DNA of 64,000 bases from Limisphaerales bacterium (GTDB taxonomy: Bacteria > Verrucomicrobiota > Verrucomicrobiia > Limisphaerales > DSYF01), in NCBI GenBank assembly GCA_046290825.1, contig JBKBTZ010000002.1, positions 2,426 through 66,425 on the forward strand, given 5' to 3'. Positions 19,412 to 28,988 of this stretch are shown here, piece after piece; the first letter of the stretch is position 1; each line of letters begins with the position of its first letter. Below the pieces are notes generated by a model, which was not told the DNA's origin, did not search any database, and saw nothing but the letters and a program-made list of their open reading frames with translations. A program made the translations under genes and the position numbers.

Positions 19412-20487
19412 ACGCGGTTTGCAGTCAGTTGCTCCAGCTTGGCGGCGGCGGCCCCGGAGGCGATGAGGCTGTCCGTCAGTTCCCAGCCTTCGAGCAGGGA
19501 GCGGGTCCGTCCGGCCACGAAGAGCGCGGCGGCGGCATTGAGCCGGACGGCCTCGCTCTTGGGGCCGCGTTCCTCGCCGCGCAGAATCGCCCGGGCGATG
19601 GCGGCGTTGGCGGCCTTGTCGCCGCCGACGAGGTCGGCCAGCGCGGCGGATTGCAGCGGGAAAGTTTCCGGCCGGAGTTCGGAGCTGGCGAAGCCGCGTT
19701 CCTGGTAAAACTCCGCCACGGTCGTCGGGCCGAGGGTCGAGATTTCATCGAGATACGCAGTTTCTGTTTTCTGTTTTCCGATGTCTGCTTTGCTGTTGGG
19801 AACCGCTCCGCACACGACCATGGCGCGGCGCACGCCGAGAGTTTGGAGGACGCGGGCGATGGGTTCGCACAGCTCGGGGCGCGGCACGCCCAGCAGCATC
19901 GCGGTGGGGCGGACGGGGTTGAGCAGGGGGCCGAGGAAATTGAAGATGGTGCGCTGGCCGCGCTCGGCGCACAGCTTGCGCGCGGGGCCGATGTGCTTGA
20001 ACGCGGGGTGGTAGTTGGGCGCGAAGAAGAAGGCAAAGCCGCGCTCGCGCAAAGCCGCCGCCGCCTCGGTTGGCGTCTGGTGCAGCGGCACGCCGAGCGT
20101 TTCCAGCACGTCTGCGCTGCCAGAGGCGGAGGTGACGGCGCGGTTGCCGTGCTTGGCCACGGTGACGCCCGCCGCCGCGCAGAGCAGGGCGGCGGTGGAG
20201 GAGATGTTGATGGTGTGCAGCCGGTCGCCGCCGGTGCCGACGACGTCAAGGATTTCGCGCTGGCGGGTGGCGTTGTCGAGCGGCACGGGCACCGCGCGAT
20301 CGCGGAGCAGGCGGGCGAACGCGGCGATTTCTTCGATCGTCTCGCCCTTGCGGGCGAGGGCGGAAAGGAAGCTGGCCTTCAGCTCGACCGGGACGTCTTC
20401 GCGCACCAGTTCCGCGATGGCGTTTTCAATTTCCGGCCCGGACAGGGCGGTTCCGCTCTCGAGCCGGGGGATGAGGTTGTGCAACAT
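19408..20487 (-). CDS. trpD: Anthranilate phosphoribosyltransferase
   Basis: DVVGTGGD, NISS, KHGNRAVTSASGSADVLE, RTIFNFLGPLLNP, LDEIS. Confidence 0.96.
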   Translation of the reverse strand: MLHNLIPRLESGTALSGPEIENAIAELVREDVPVELKASFLSALARKGETIEEIAAFARLLRDRAVPVPLDNATRQREILDVVGTGGDRLHTINISSTAALLCAAAGVTVAKHGNRAVTSASGSADVLETLGVPLHQTPTEAAAALRERGFAFFFAPNYHPAFKHIGPARKLCAERGQRTIFNFLGPLLNPVRPTAMLLGVPRPELCEPIARVLQTLGVRRAMVVCGAVPNSKADIGKQKTETAYLDEISTLGPTTVAEFYQERGFASSELRPETFPLQSAALADLVGGDKAANAAIARAILRGEERGPKSEAVRLNAAAALFVAGRTRSLLEGWELTDSLIASGAAAAKLEQLTANRV

Positions 20488-20721
20488 GCGCGGAGTTTAG
20501 GTTTGGCCTGCCGCCGCCGGAAGCCGGAAAAGTTTCGGGCAGAGCTTTGACCCGGGAGGACGGATGCGCGGTCGGGGGCTTCAACCGTGTCGGCGTTCCG
20601 GTCGAGCGTCGCCAACGTTCCCGCCTGATAACCGCGGCGTTTTGCCGAGACGCTGCTACGCCGTGGTTCACGGGAATTGCCGCTGGACGTTCCGTTGCGC
20701 GGGCCTACGCTTTCCGGCGTT

Positions 20722-21414
20722 ATGTGGCGGTTGGTTTCAACGGGTGGCGTTTGTGCGCGGCGGGTGGTCGGGGTCGGCTTGGCCCTGAGCCTGGTTTCGT
20801 TGATGGCCCGGGCCGAGCCGCCCACGATCCGCATTTTGTCCAGTTCGCGACCGCAACAGTCCGTCGGTCTTTCCATCCGGCCCAACACCAACGGGTGGGT
20901 CCAGATCGAGGCCAGCGCGGATTTGGTGGATTGGCGGCCGCTGGCGAACCTGCTGACCACGAACACGACCGGCCCTTACGTGGACGACAGCACGTCAAAT
21001 ACGCCGGCCAGGTTTTACCGTGTCCGCCGGCCCGGCGTGTCGGTCGCCGAGGCGGCGGCGGCTTGGACGGCGGCACGCCCGTCGCACTACCGCCATCGTT
21101 TTGAAACATTTTTCCTCACCAACAATGGCGCCCTGCTGTGGCAGGGGACGGTGAGTGTTTCCAATGGCGTGAAGTCGGTCGCGGAGGTCACCCTCAACGG
21201 GTTTCCGACCAATGCCTTTGACGCGGCAATTTTTCTCACGCCGGACGAGGTGTTTGAAGCGCTCGCGGTGGTGGAGGCGGGAGGCGTGCAACTGGCCCAC
21301 GTGAGCTACCATCCGCAATGGTCGCATCCGGTCGCCGTGAGCATCGTGTGGGGTGGCAATCAGCCCATCCAACAATGGCGATTGTTCAGCTTGGAAGCGG
21401 TGGTCGGACCGTGA
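20722..21414 (+). CDS. Secreted two-domain protein (FYRV module plus DUF6174-like C-terminal domain)
   Basis: Signal-like N-terminus ending ARA; IEASADLVDW...ARFYRV; then AAAWTAARPSHYR...TPDEVFE...VSYHPQWSHPVAV; start uncertain. Confidence 0.7.
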   Translation: MWRLVSTGGVCARRVVGVGLALSLVSLMARAEPPTIRILSSSRPQQSVGLSIRPNTNGWVQIEASADLVDWRPLANLLTTNTTGPYVDDSTSNTPARFYRVRRPGVSVAEAAAAWTAARPSHYRHRFETFFLTNNGALLWQGTVSVSNGVKSVAEVTLNGFPTNAFDAAIFLTPDEVFEALAVVEAGGVQLAHVSYHPQWSHPVAVSIVWGGNQPIQQWRLFSLEAVVGP

Positions 21415-21574
21415 CCCCCCTCCCGAATCGTGGCGAGGAGTGCGTCGCCGCAGCGGCCACTTCGTTTTCCGCGTTCAGCGGGCTTGACCGGCTGTGTCTC
21501 ATGGCTCGTCGGGTGACGGCTGGTTTGGTGGCGCCGGTGGACGCCCTTGCATTTGCCGGACGAGCGGGTGCGGG

Positions 21575-21664
21575 CAAGGCGGTCCCGGCTTCCAGCCGAG
21601 GGATGAGGTCGTGCATGATGTGGCGGGTTCTGGATCAAGTTTGCCGTCGCCGGAAGCCGGAAAA
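21575..21664 (-). pseudogene. Degenerate duplicate of the trpD promoter and first ~15 codons
   Basis: Direct repeat of about 20443-20531; translates MHDLIPRLEAGTAL versus TrpD MLHNLIPRLESGTAL; ccgccggaagccggaaaag region shared; -10 box decayed. Confidence 0.75.
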
Positions 21665-21821
21665 GCGCCGGTTGGGGCGGCCGTAACCAAAACTTAACGC
21701 GATTCGGGCTTGGCGGAACCCATGAAGGTGTTAAACCCTAGCGCACATTGCCGTTTCCTCCGGGTGCCAAACTGCCCGGTCGGAGACTTTTTCCGTCACA
21801 CCAAACAACTCGAAACACACC

Positions 21822-24686
21822 ATGAAAGACCTCCGCTTCCAGGCACGGGCCGCGTTCTTCGCGCTGGCGGCCGCCGTCCTTCCGCTGTCCGCGCAGAACC
21901 TCACGCAGACGAATGCGTTCCTGCCGGACCCGCAATTTTACCCGCAGTTCCTCGCGTCGGGCACCTCGAGCCGCCTCCCGGTGATGTTCCGGGCCACGGT
22001 CTCGAATCTCGATCCGAGCACGACGTATCGTTACTTCACCCAGGTGGCGACGAACAGCGACATCGGGGTGGCGCAATCGGGCGCGGGCAATCCGATGCTG
22101 GTGAGCGAGGACGGGACCACATTTGTCTATTCCACCAGCGCGAGCCTCACCACAGTCGGCAATTACGGCACCTTCACCACGGACACCAACGGCACCTACA
22201 CCGGTTGGTTCGGTTTTGTGAACACCGGCAATGCGCGCTTCAATGCGGGCGCGACGCTGGTGCCCACGCTCACCATTGGCAGCACCAGTGGAACCCTCCT
22301 GCACCGCTGGGCGCCGCCCGCCGCCAGCGGCACGATGACGCCCTTGGCGTTCTCCACCAGCCCTGGCTTGCCGAATGGCACAGGCATTCGCGGCACCAAT
22401 TCCTCCGCTGTTCCCAAGAACTTCATCGTGCTGCACGACAACACCGCCGGCAGTGGCCGCCCACTGGCCGCGACCTATGTGGAGGATGAAGGCATCAATG
22501 TTGCCAGTGCGGTCGCCTATTACGGGACCGGGACCGGGCCGGTGAACGGAATCAACGGTGCCTGGGGCAGCATCGTTCCCAACGCCCTGGCCAACGGGGT
22601 GCGCCGCATCGCCCAATACAACAACGCCGGCGTGCTCGTCGGCGGCAACGCCGACGCGGATGGCAACTGGGCGGCCAGCGGGAACACGGTTGATCCCGTC
22701 GGGGGCGCGGCCACGCCGATTGACATCCTCGCCGCCGACGCGCCGCTGAACGTGGCCTACACCATCACCTATAACGGCAACGGCAACACCGGCGGCACCG
22801 CCCCTGTCCAGCCGAGCAATCCGCACCCGGTCAACGGCGAAGTCACCGTGCTCGGCCCGGGCACTCTGACCAAAACCGGCAGCAGTTTCACCGGGTGGAA
22901 CACGGCCGCCGATGGCAGCGGCACCAGTTACGCGCCTGGCAGCCCGCTCATTTTGACCGGCAACACCACCCTGTATGCCCAGTGGTCCGTCGGCACCACT
23001 TACACGGTCACCTACAACGGTAATGGCAACACCGGCGGCGCCCCGCCCGTGGACCCGTCCAGCCCCTACACTTCCGGCGCCACCGTCACCGTCCTCGGCA
23101 ACACCGGCGGGCTGGTCAAGACCGGTCACACTTTCGCCGGCTGGAACACCGCCGCCGACGGCAGCGGGACCGACTACGCGCCTGCCGCCACGTTCACCAT
23201 CACTGCCGACACGGTGCTCTTTGCGAAATGGACGCCGAATACCTACACCGTCACCTACAACGGCAATGGCAACACTGGCGGCACCGCGCCCGTGGACCCG
23301 TCCAGCCCCTACACGTTCGGCAGCACCGTGACCGTTCTTGGTCCCGGCACGCTGACGAAGACCGGTTTCACCTTCGCCAACTGGAACACCGCTGCGGACG
23401 GCAGCGGGGTCAGTTACGCGCCCGCCGCCACGTTCACCATCTCGGCGGATGTGTTGCTTTACGCCATCTGGCAGGCGGTGCCGACCAATGGACCGTTCAC
23501 GCCCGGCCACCTCGCCGTGTTCTCGGCGGATGTCGCCAGCGCGAACAACACCACCTTTTCCATCCTCGAGGTCAATCCCGCCCTGACCAACCAGACCGCA
23601 CCCGTGCAGACCATCGGCATCAATGGCACCAACGGCGCGGGTGCTCTCCGCACCAGCGGCTCCGCCACCAGCACCGGTTACTTGATGACGTCGGAAGACG
23701 GCACGTTGCTCGCGTTCACCGGGCACAACACCACCAACGCCATCGGCAACGTCAACACCAACCTCGTGCGCGGCGTGGGCACGCTGGATTCTGCCGGCAC
23801 CTTCACCTTGCAAACCACCTACACCGGCAGCAGCGGCAACCAGACCCGCAGCGCCACCAGCCTCGACAATCTGACCTGGTATATCGGCGACCAGGGCGGT
23901 ATCTTCACCAACGAAAGCACCGTGCTGAACAACGCCAATGTCCGGTCGGTGAAAAGCTTCGGCGGCACGGTGTATGTCCTGCGGCAGTCCACGGCGGGCA
24001 CCAACACCGTCGTCGCGACGCTGTCGCCGGATGGCTCGACCCTTACCGGGCTGCCCGGCCTGACGAACAGCGCCACTGCGGTGGATTTCTACCTGCTTGC
24101 CTCCGGCAGCAACGGTGCAACCAACGACGTGCTGTATGTTTTGGAGAACTCCAGCGCCACCGTGGGCCGCATCGCGAAGTTCTCCTGGGTGGCCGGCGAA
24201 TGGGTGGCCAACGGCGTTTACACCAACAACTTCGGCGGCTTCGGCCTCTGCGCCCGGACCAACGCGGGCGGCGCGTCCCTCTTCATTACCTCCGGCAGCG
24301 GGGCCACGGCGGCCAATACCATCCGCCAGGTGACCGACACGGCAGGCTACAACGCCGACATCACCGTGAACCCGGCGGACATCCGGCTGCTTTACACGGC
24401 GGCGGCAGGCACCACCATGAAGGGCATTGCCTTCGCACCCGTGGCTGGTTCGGCGGTCACGGTGCCGGTCATCACGGCGGTTTCCCGCTCCGGCAGCAAC
24501 ACCGTGATTACGTTCACCGGTGCAGCCAGCGATCCCGCCAGCGCGTTTGCAGTGGTGGGCACGACGAACCTGGCCACCACGCCGTTTGCGCCGGTCAGCG
24601 CCACCATCATCACCCTCAGCCCGGGCGTGTTCCAGGCCACCGTGCCGGGGTCGGCGCCCGCTGCGTTCTATCGAATCCAGCGGTAA
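21822..24686 (+). CDS. Large secreted multidomain protein with 3 Listeria-Bacteroides (InlB B-type) repeats and C-terminal FYRI module
   Basis: Signal peptide; three YTVTYNGNGNTGG...GWNTAADGSG...LYAxW repeats; Thr/Asn/Gly-rich; ends PAAFYRIQR. Confidence 0.88.
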   Translation: MKDLRFQARAAFFALAAAVLPLSAQNLTQTNAFLPDPQFYPQFLASGTSSRLPVMFRATVSNLDPSTTYRYFTQVATNSDIGVAQSGAGNPMLVSEDGTTFVYSTSASLTTVGNYGTFTTDTNGTYTGWFGFVNTGNARFNAGATLVPTLTIGSTSGTLLHRWAPPAASGTMTPLAFSTSPGLPNGTGIRGTNSSAVPKNFIVLHDNTAGSGRPLAATYVEDEGINVASAVAYYGTGTGPVNGINGAWGSIVPNALANGVRRIAQYNNAGVLVGGNADADGNWAASGNTVDPVGGAATPIDILAADAPLNVAYTITYNGNGNTGGTAPVQPSNPHPVNGEVTVLGPGTLTKTGSSFTGWNTAADGSGTSYAPGSPLILTGNTTLYAQWSVGTTYTVTYNGNGNTGGAPPVDPSSPYTSGATVTVLGNTGGLVKTGHTFAGWNTAADGSGTDYAPAATFTITADTVLFAKWTPNTYTVTYNGNGNTGGTAPVDPSSPYTFGSTVTVLGPGTLTKTGFTFANWNTAADGSGVSYAPAATFTISADVLLYAIWQAVPTNGPFTPGHLAVFSADVASANNTTFSILEVNPALTNQTAPVQTIGINGTNGAGALRTSGSATSTGYLMTSEDGTLLAFTGHNTTNAIGNVNTNLVRGVGTLDSAGTFTLQTTYTGSSGNQTRSATSLDNLTWYIGDQGGIFTNESTVLNNANVRSVKSFGGTVYVLRQSTAGTNTVVATLSPDGSTLTGLPGLTNSATAVDFYLLASGSNGATNDVLYVLENSSATVGRIAKFSWVAGEWVANGVYTNNFGGFGLCARTNAGGASLFITSGSGATAANTIRQVTDTAGYNADITVNPADIRLLYTAAAGTTMKGIAFAPVAGSAVTVPVITAVSRSGSNTVITFTGAASDPASAFAVVGTTNLATTPFAPVSATIITLSPGVFQATVPGSAPAAFYRIQR
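22758..23471 (+). repeat. Three intragenic tandem repeats, 243-bp period
   Basis: Units start at 22758, 23001 and 23244 (tacaccatcacctataacggcaacggcaacaccggcggc...). Confidence 0.85.
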
Positions 24687-24770
24687 ATTTGACGGGCTGT
24701 TTTGCAGGCCGGGGAAACGGCGCGAACGGCGCCTATCCCCGGCTCTTTGGTCGGTAGCCGTTCCCCTGCG

Positions 24771-24817
24771 CCGACACACGACTGTCACGTGACCGGCACA
24801 CGGCGATGGGTTAGTCT
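24771..24817 (+). promoter_or_regulatory. Pho-box-like triple direct repeat plus -10 box
   Basis: CCGACAC-N4-CTGTCAC-N4-CCGGCAC (11-bp period), then TAGTCT 8 nt before ATG 24826. Confidence 0.65.
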
Positions 24818-24825
24818 GGCCGGAA

Positions 24826-26112
24826 ATGAAGTTGCTGATCTTCGAATCGGGCCGCCGCGCGGGAGCCGTTGCGCTGGCGCTTGTGGCGTTGGCATCGGTT
24901 GCGCAGTCCCAGGCGGTCATTGAGGCCACGTTCACCCTGCCGCCCACCAGCCTCGCCCGGCTGCAAGCGGAGGGTGCGGCCTCGTTTGACTTTGCCACCG
25001 CTGACCGCAACGGGCTGCATCGCACCAACCTTCCCTCCATCGGCTCCGGTCTCGATGTGAACGCGGCGGGCCAGTGGTTTGGTCTGACCGATCGCGGACC
25101 GAACAGCCAGTTGAAGGGGCCGAATGGCAAGGACCGCCGCGTGCTGCCGCTGCCGGATTTTGCCCCGGGCATCGTCCAGTTTCGCACCAACGGTGCGGCG
25201 CTGGAAATCGTCCGGTTCATTCCCTTGCGCGGCACCAACGGTGTGCCGCTCACCGGCCTGGGGAACACGCGCGCGGATGAAAACGGCTTCCTCAACGCCA
25301 CCGCCCCGCAGCCGCTCACACCGGACCCCGGCGGGGTGGACCCCGAGGGCTTGCGCTGTCTGCCGGACGGCGGGTTTCTCGTGTCCGAGGAATACGGCCC
25401 CTCGCTCTTGCGCGTGGACGCCAAGGGTGACGTCCAGTGGCGGTTGATTCCCCAGGGCCATCAACTGTCCGGCGCGCCCTATCCTGTGAAGCCGCTTCTT
25501 CCTGCCGTCCTTCGCGAGCGCCGGGCCAATCGCGGCTTCGAAAACCTCGCGCTTTCCGCCGATGGCCGCACTGCCTACCTCGCGCTTCAGAGCACCGCCC
25601 TGGCGGACGGTCACCCCGCTGCCAAGACCAGCCGTATTCTGCGTGTTGTCGAACTGGACGTGGCCGATCCCGCTGCTCCCCGCGTCACCGGCCACTTCCT
25701 CGCCCGCTCCGGTGCCGTGACGGAACACCTTGGGACGAAATCCCAGGCGGCCATGAAATGGAATGACGCCGTCTGGCTGGCTCCGCGTCAGCTCATCATT
25801 CTGGAACAGGCCAAGGAGAGCGCCGTGCTGCGAACGGTGGACTTGCGCGAAGCCACCAACTTGCTCGGGCACGAACGCGAAAACGATCCGCGTCTCGATG
25901 CCGGCGACGTGGCGGCGCTCGCGGGGCTGGCGGTGGGCGAATCCCGGGTGCTGGTCCGGCTGGATGACGTTTCCCGCGTCGGGGGCCACAAGCTCGAAGC
26001 CCTGTTCCGTCTGGACGATCACCGGTTCGCGGTGATGAACGACAATGATTTCGGCATCGGGGAGAACGAAACGGGACTCGCGACGCTGCTGTGGATTGTG
26101 CGGGTGCCGTGA
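24826..26112 (+). CDS. Esterase-like activity of phytase family protein (beta-propeller), secreted
   Basis: GSGL, LTDRGPN, VDPEGL, VSEEYGPSL, NRGFENLAL, KLEAL, NDNDFGI. Confidence 0.9.
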   Translation: MKLLIFESGRRAGAVALALVALASVAQSQAVIEATFTLPPTSLARLQAEGAASFDFATADRNGLHRTNLPSIGSGLDVNAAGQWFGLTDRGPNSQLKGPNGKDRRVLPLPDFAPGIVQFRTNGAALEIVRFIPLRGTNGVPLTGLGNTRADENGFLNATAPQPLTPDPGGVDPEGLRCLPDGGFLVSEEYGPSLLRVDAKGDVQWRLIPQGHQLSGAPYPVKPLLPAVLRERRANRGFENLALSADGRTAYLALQSTALADGHPAAKTSRILRVVELDVADPAAPRVTGHFLARSGAVTEHLGTKSQAAMKWNDAVWLAPRQLIILEQAKESAVLRTVDLREATNLLGHERENDPRLDAGDVAALAGLAVGESRVLVRLDDVSRVGGHKLEALFRLDDHRFAVMNDNDFGIGENETGLATLLWIVRVP

Positions 26113-26150
26113 GCAGTGATGCGTGAGGCGTGAGGCGTGAGGCGTGAGGA
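26109..26150. repeat. Heptamer tandem repeat (GTGAGGC)x6, degenerate
   Basis: gtgagca gtgatgc gtgaggc gtgaggc gtgaggc gtgagga. Confidence 0.85.
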
Positions 26151-26187
26151 GGACGGGAGCGGGCTGGTTCTCGATTTCCTGCGGGGC

Positions 26188-26216
26188 TTGTCACCGAATT
26201 GTAACCGTCCGGTCAC
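26188..26216 (+). promoter_or_regulatory. Pho-box-like triple direct repeat
   Basis: TTGTCAC-N4-TTGTAAC-N4-CGGTCAC upstream of the lamin-tail gene. Confidence 0.7.
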
Positions 26217-26268
26217 GGTTCCGTGAGCGGGTTGGAGCAAGGTGGTGCCGCAATTGATTGCGACACGC

Positions 26269-28155
26269 ATGATGAAATCCGCCTTGATTCTCGCCGCTCT
26301 CGCGGCGCTCGCCCTGCCTGCCGTCGGCCAACTGGCCATCACGGAAAACATGTCGTCCGCCTCGACCAACAATTCGTTGGGCGTGACGCGCGGACCGGAC
26401 TTCTGGGAGCTGTCCAACTTCGGTGCCAGTGCCATTGATCTGACCGGTTACAAGTGGAACGACGAGGACGGCGGTTTGGCGGCCGCGGACGGCACACCGT
26501 TCAACGGCACGATCATCGGACCGGGGGAATCCATCGTGTTTGTGCAGGACAACGTCGCCCCGGTCAGCACGCCGGAGCAGTTCCGCGCGTGGTGGGGCTT
26601 GGCGACCAACGTGCAGGTCATCTTCTACACCGGCAATGGCCAGTCCAGCACCGGCGACCGTATCTACCTCTGGCCGCCCGACGCGGTGGCGGATGAGGAC
26701 TATCTGGACCTCGCCGTGTTCGGGGCCGCCGAGGGCCGCAGCACTTTCACCTACAACCCCCTCACGGGCGCGCACGGCATTTTCAGCACCAACGGCGTGG
26801 GCAACGCTTTCACCGCCGTGCTGTCTGACGACGTTGGTTCGCCCGGCACGAACAGCGGCCCCGTGGCGCTTGCCATTACGCAGAACCCCACCAACACCAC
26901 CGGCTTTGTCGGCTTCCCGGTTTCGCTTTCCGCCGCCGCCCAGGGTTTGCCGCGACCGCACTTCCAATGGCTCAAAGATGGCACGCCCTTGCCCGGTGCG
27001 AAGTCGCCGACGCTCACCATCACCAATCCAGTGCCGGCGGACGCGGGCAACTATTCCGTCGTCGTGACCAATGGCCTGACCACGCTGACCAGCGCCGTCG
27101 CCGTGCTGACGATCAACGCCTCCCCCACACCTCCGGTGTTCACCCTCGTGCCGCAGAGCATCGAGCCTTACACGAACCAGACGCTCACCCTCAACGTCGC
27201 CGCCACGGGCAACCCGGCTCCGACCTTCCAGTGGCGTAAGAACGGCACCAACCTGGTCGGCGAGACTGGCAACCAACTGGTGATTTCCGGCCTCCAGTTC
27301 AGCGACTCCGGCATCTATTCCGTCGTGGCCTCGAACATCGCCGGGGTCACCAACGTCTCCGCCGTCGTCAACGTCACCACCAAGCCGAAGCTGGTCATCA
27401 CAGAAATCCTCGCCGGCCAGGCCGCGCCCACCACTGGCCACATGGATTGGTGGGAACTCACCAACCTCGACGACCGCGCCATCAACCTGCGCGGCTATCG
27501 TTACGACGACAGTTCCCAGTCGTTTGCCGTCAGCCACGTGATCGGCCAGGACGTGATCATCCAGCCCGGCGAGAGCATTGTTTTCATCGAGGCCGGTCCC
27601 AGCGGCAACATCCCCGTCCTCAAGTCGAATTTCCTTGCCTGGTGGGGCACCAACCTTCCGCCCGGCCTGCAAATCGTCGCCTGGACCAACAGCGGCGCGG
27701 GCCTCGCGCAGGCCAGCGACGCGGTCAATTTCTGGAACGCGGCCGCCACCGACCCGGCGGACACCATCGCCTCCGTCTCCTACGCTTCCGCCGTCGTCGG
27801 CACGTCCTTTGTGTATGACCCGGAGAACCCGCCGATCGCCGGCATCATGAACAAGCTGGCCACCAACGGCTGGAACGGCGCCTGGGCCGCCGTGCAAAGC
27901 GGCGACATCGGCTCGCCGGGTTACGTCGTGACGCCGCACCGCCTGACCACCACGGCGGGCGCGGGCACGGTGGACATTTCGTGGAACAGCACCCCGGGCC
28001 GCGCCTACGCCGTGGACCGCAAACCCTCGGTCCTCGCGACCAACTGGACCACCGTCACCAATGTCACCGCGACCGGCCCGGCCACCACCGTCACGCTGCC
28101 CGCCGGTGACGAGCAGGCCGTTTATCGGGGCCGCGTCATCATCCCGCTGCCTTGA
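26269..28155 (+). CDS. Secreted protein: two lamin-tail domains flanking two Ig-like domains, plus C-terminal VYRG module
   Basis: [22 protein letters not shown] and [57 protein letters not shown]. Confidence 0.87.
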   Translation: MMKSALILAALAALALPAVGQLAITENMSSASTNNSLGVTRGPDFWELSNFGASAIDLTGYKWNDEDGGLAAADGTPFNGTIIGPGESIVFVQDNVAPVSTPEQFRAWWGLATNVQVIFYTGNGQSSTGDRIYLWPPDAVADEDYLDLAVFGAAEGRSTFTYNPLTGAHGIFSTNGVGNAFTAVLSDDVGSPGTNSGPVALAITQNPTNTTGFVGFPVSLSAAAQGLPRPHFQWLKDGTPLPGAKSPTLTITNPVPADAGNYSVVVTNGLTTLTSAVAVLTINASPTPPVFTLVPQSIEPYTNQTLTLNVAATGNPAPTFQWRKNGTNLVGETGNQLVISGLQFSDSGIYSVVASNIAGVTNVSAVVNVTTKPKLVITEILAGQAAPTTGHMDWWELTNLDDRAINLRGYRYDDSSQSFAVSHVIGQDVIIQPGESIVFIEAGPSGNIPVLKSNFLAWWGTNLPPGLQIVAWTNSGAGLAQASDAVNFWNAAATDPADTIASVSYASAVVGTSFVYDPENPPIAGIMNKLATNGWNGAWAAVQSGDIGSPGYVVTPHRLTTTAGAGTVDISWNSTPGRAYAVDRKPSVLATNWTTVTNVTATGPATTVTLPAGDEQAVYRGRVIIPLP

Positions 28156-28175
28156 ACCCACCACGCCTTGCATTT

Positions 28176-28952
28176 ATGAATCCGCTCCGCACCCGCCGCG
28201 CGTTCACGCTCATCGAGCTGCTCGTCGTCATCGCCATCATCGCGATTTTGGCGGCGATGCTGCTGCCCGCCCTGGGCCGCGCCAAGACCGCCGCGCAGCG
28301 CACCGCCTGCATGAACAAGCTCAAGCAGTGGGGTCTGGCGCTGACCATGTATCAGAATGACAGCAGCGACTGGCTGCCGCGCGAGGCGCACGGCACCAGC
28401 AGCAGCCTGAACAACTGGGCGCAGGTTTCGGACGCGGACGGTGGCGACATCTGGTATAACGCGCTGCCCCGCACCTTGGGCCTCCGGGCGGCGGCGGATT
28501 ACCTCCTCGACAAGCCCGCGTTCTACCAGCGCGACAGCCTTTTCCATTGCGGAGCGGCGAAATTTCCCGACAACGCGCCGGGCCTGGCCAACGTGTTCTT
28601 CTCGACGGCGATGAACTCGAAGCTGATTGACGGCGGCGCGCTGACCATCAAGGCCACGCTCATCCAGCGGCCTTCCGCCACGGTGGTGTTCCTCGAAAAC
28701 CGCCTCCCGGCCGATCCGAAAGTGGACCCTGGCCAGAGCGACAGTGACCTCGGCCAGCCCGCCAGTTTCGCGGGTCGCTTTGCCGCCCGCCACGCCGGCA
28801 TCGGCAATCTGGCGTTTGCCGACGGGCATGCCGAATCGTTGCGTGGTCCGAAAGTTGTCGAGACCCGCCCCGGCAACCCCAACAAGGGCAAGGCCATCCT
28901 TCCGCAGGTGGAGGTCATCTGGACGGCCGACCCCAACGCCAATCCGAACTGA
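28176..28952 (+). CDS. Prepilin-type N-methylation domain protein with H-X9-DG motif
   Basis: [44 protein letters not shown]. Confidence 0.92.
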   Translation: MNPLRTRRAFTLIELLVVIAIIAILAAMLLPALGRAKTAAQRTACMNKLKQWGLALTMYQNDSSDWLPREAHGTSSSLNNWAQVSDADGGDIWYNALPRTLGLRAAADYLLDKPAFYQRDSLFHCGAAKFPDNAPGLANVFFSTAMNSKLIDGGALTIKATLIQRPSATVVFLENRLPADPKVDPGQSDSDLGQPASFAGRFAARHAGIGNLAFADGHAESLRGPKVVETRPGNPNKGKAILPQVEVIWTADPNANPN

Positions 28953-28988
28953 GTCCGGGCTGGGCCGGCGGCCGCAGTGACAGTTCGC

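Noticed and set aside
22758..23471. Possible CRISPR array or DGR template/variable repeats
   Set aside because: The repeats are 243-bp in-frame protein domains with no spacers, no A-specific mismatch pattern noticed, and no cas or reverse transcriptase gene nearby.
21738..25424. 1228-aa minus-strand ORF
   Set aside because: Antisense shadow of two well-supported plus-strand genes; Gly/Arg/Val-rich with no motifs, as expected from high-GC codon bias.
26191..28173. 660-aa minus-strand ORF (likewise 36329-38065, 48787-50673, 53378-55486, 60251-62551 and others)
   Set aside because: All mirror real genes on the opposite strand and lack recognisable domains.
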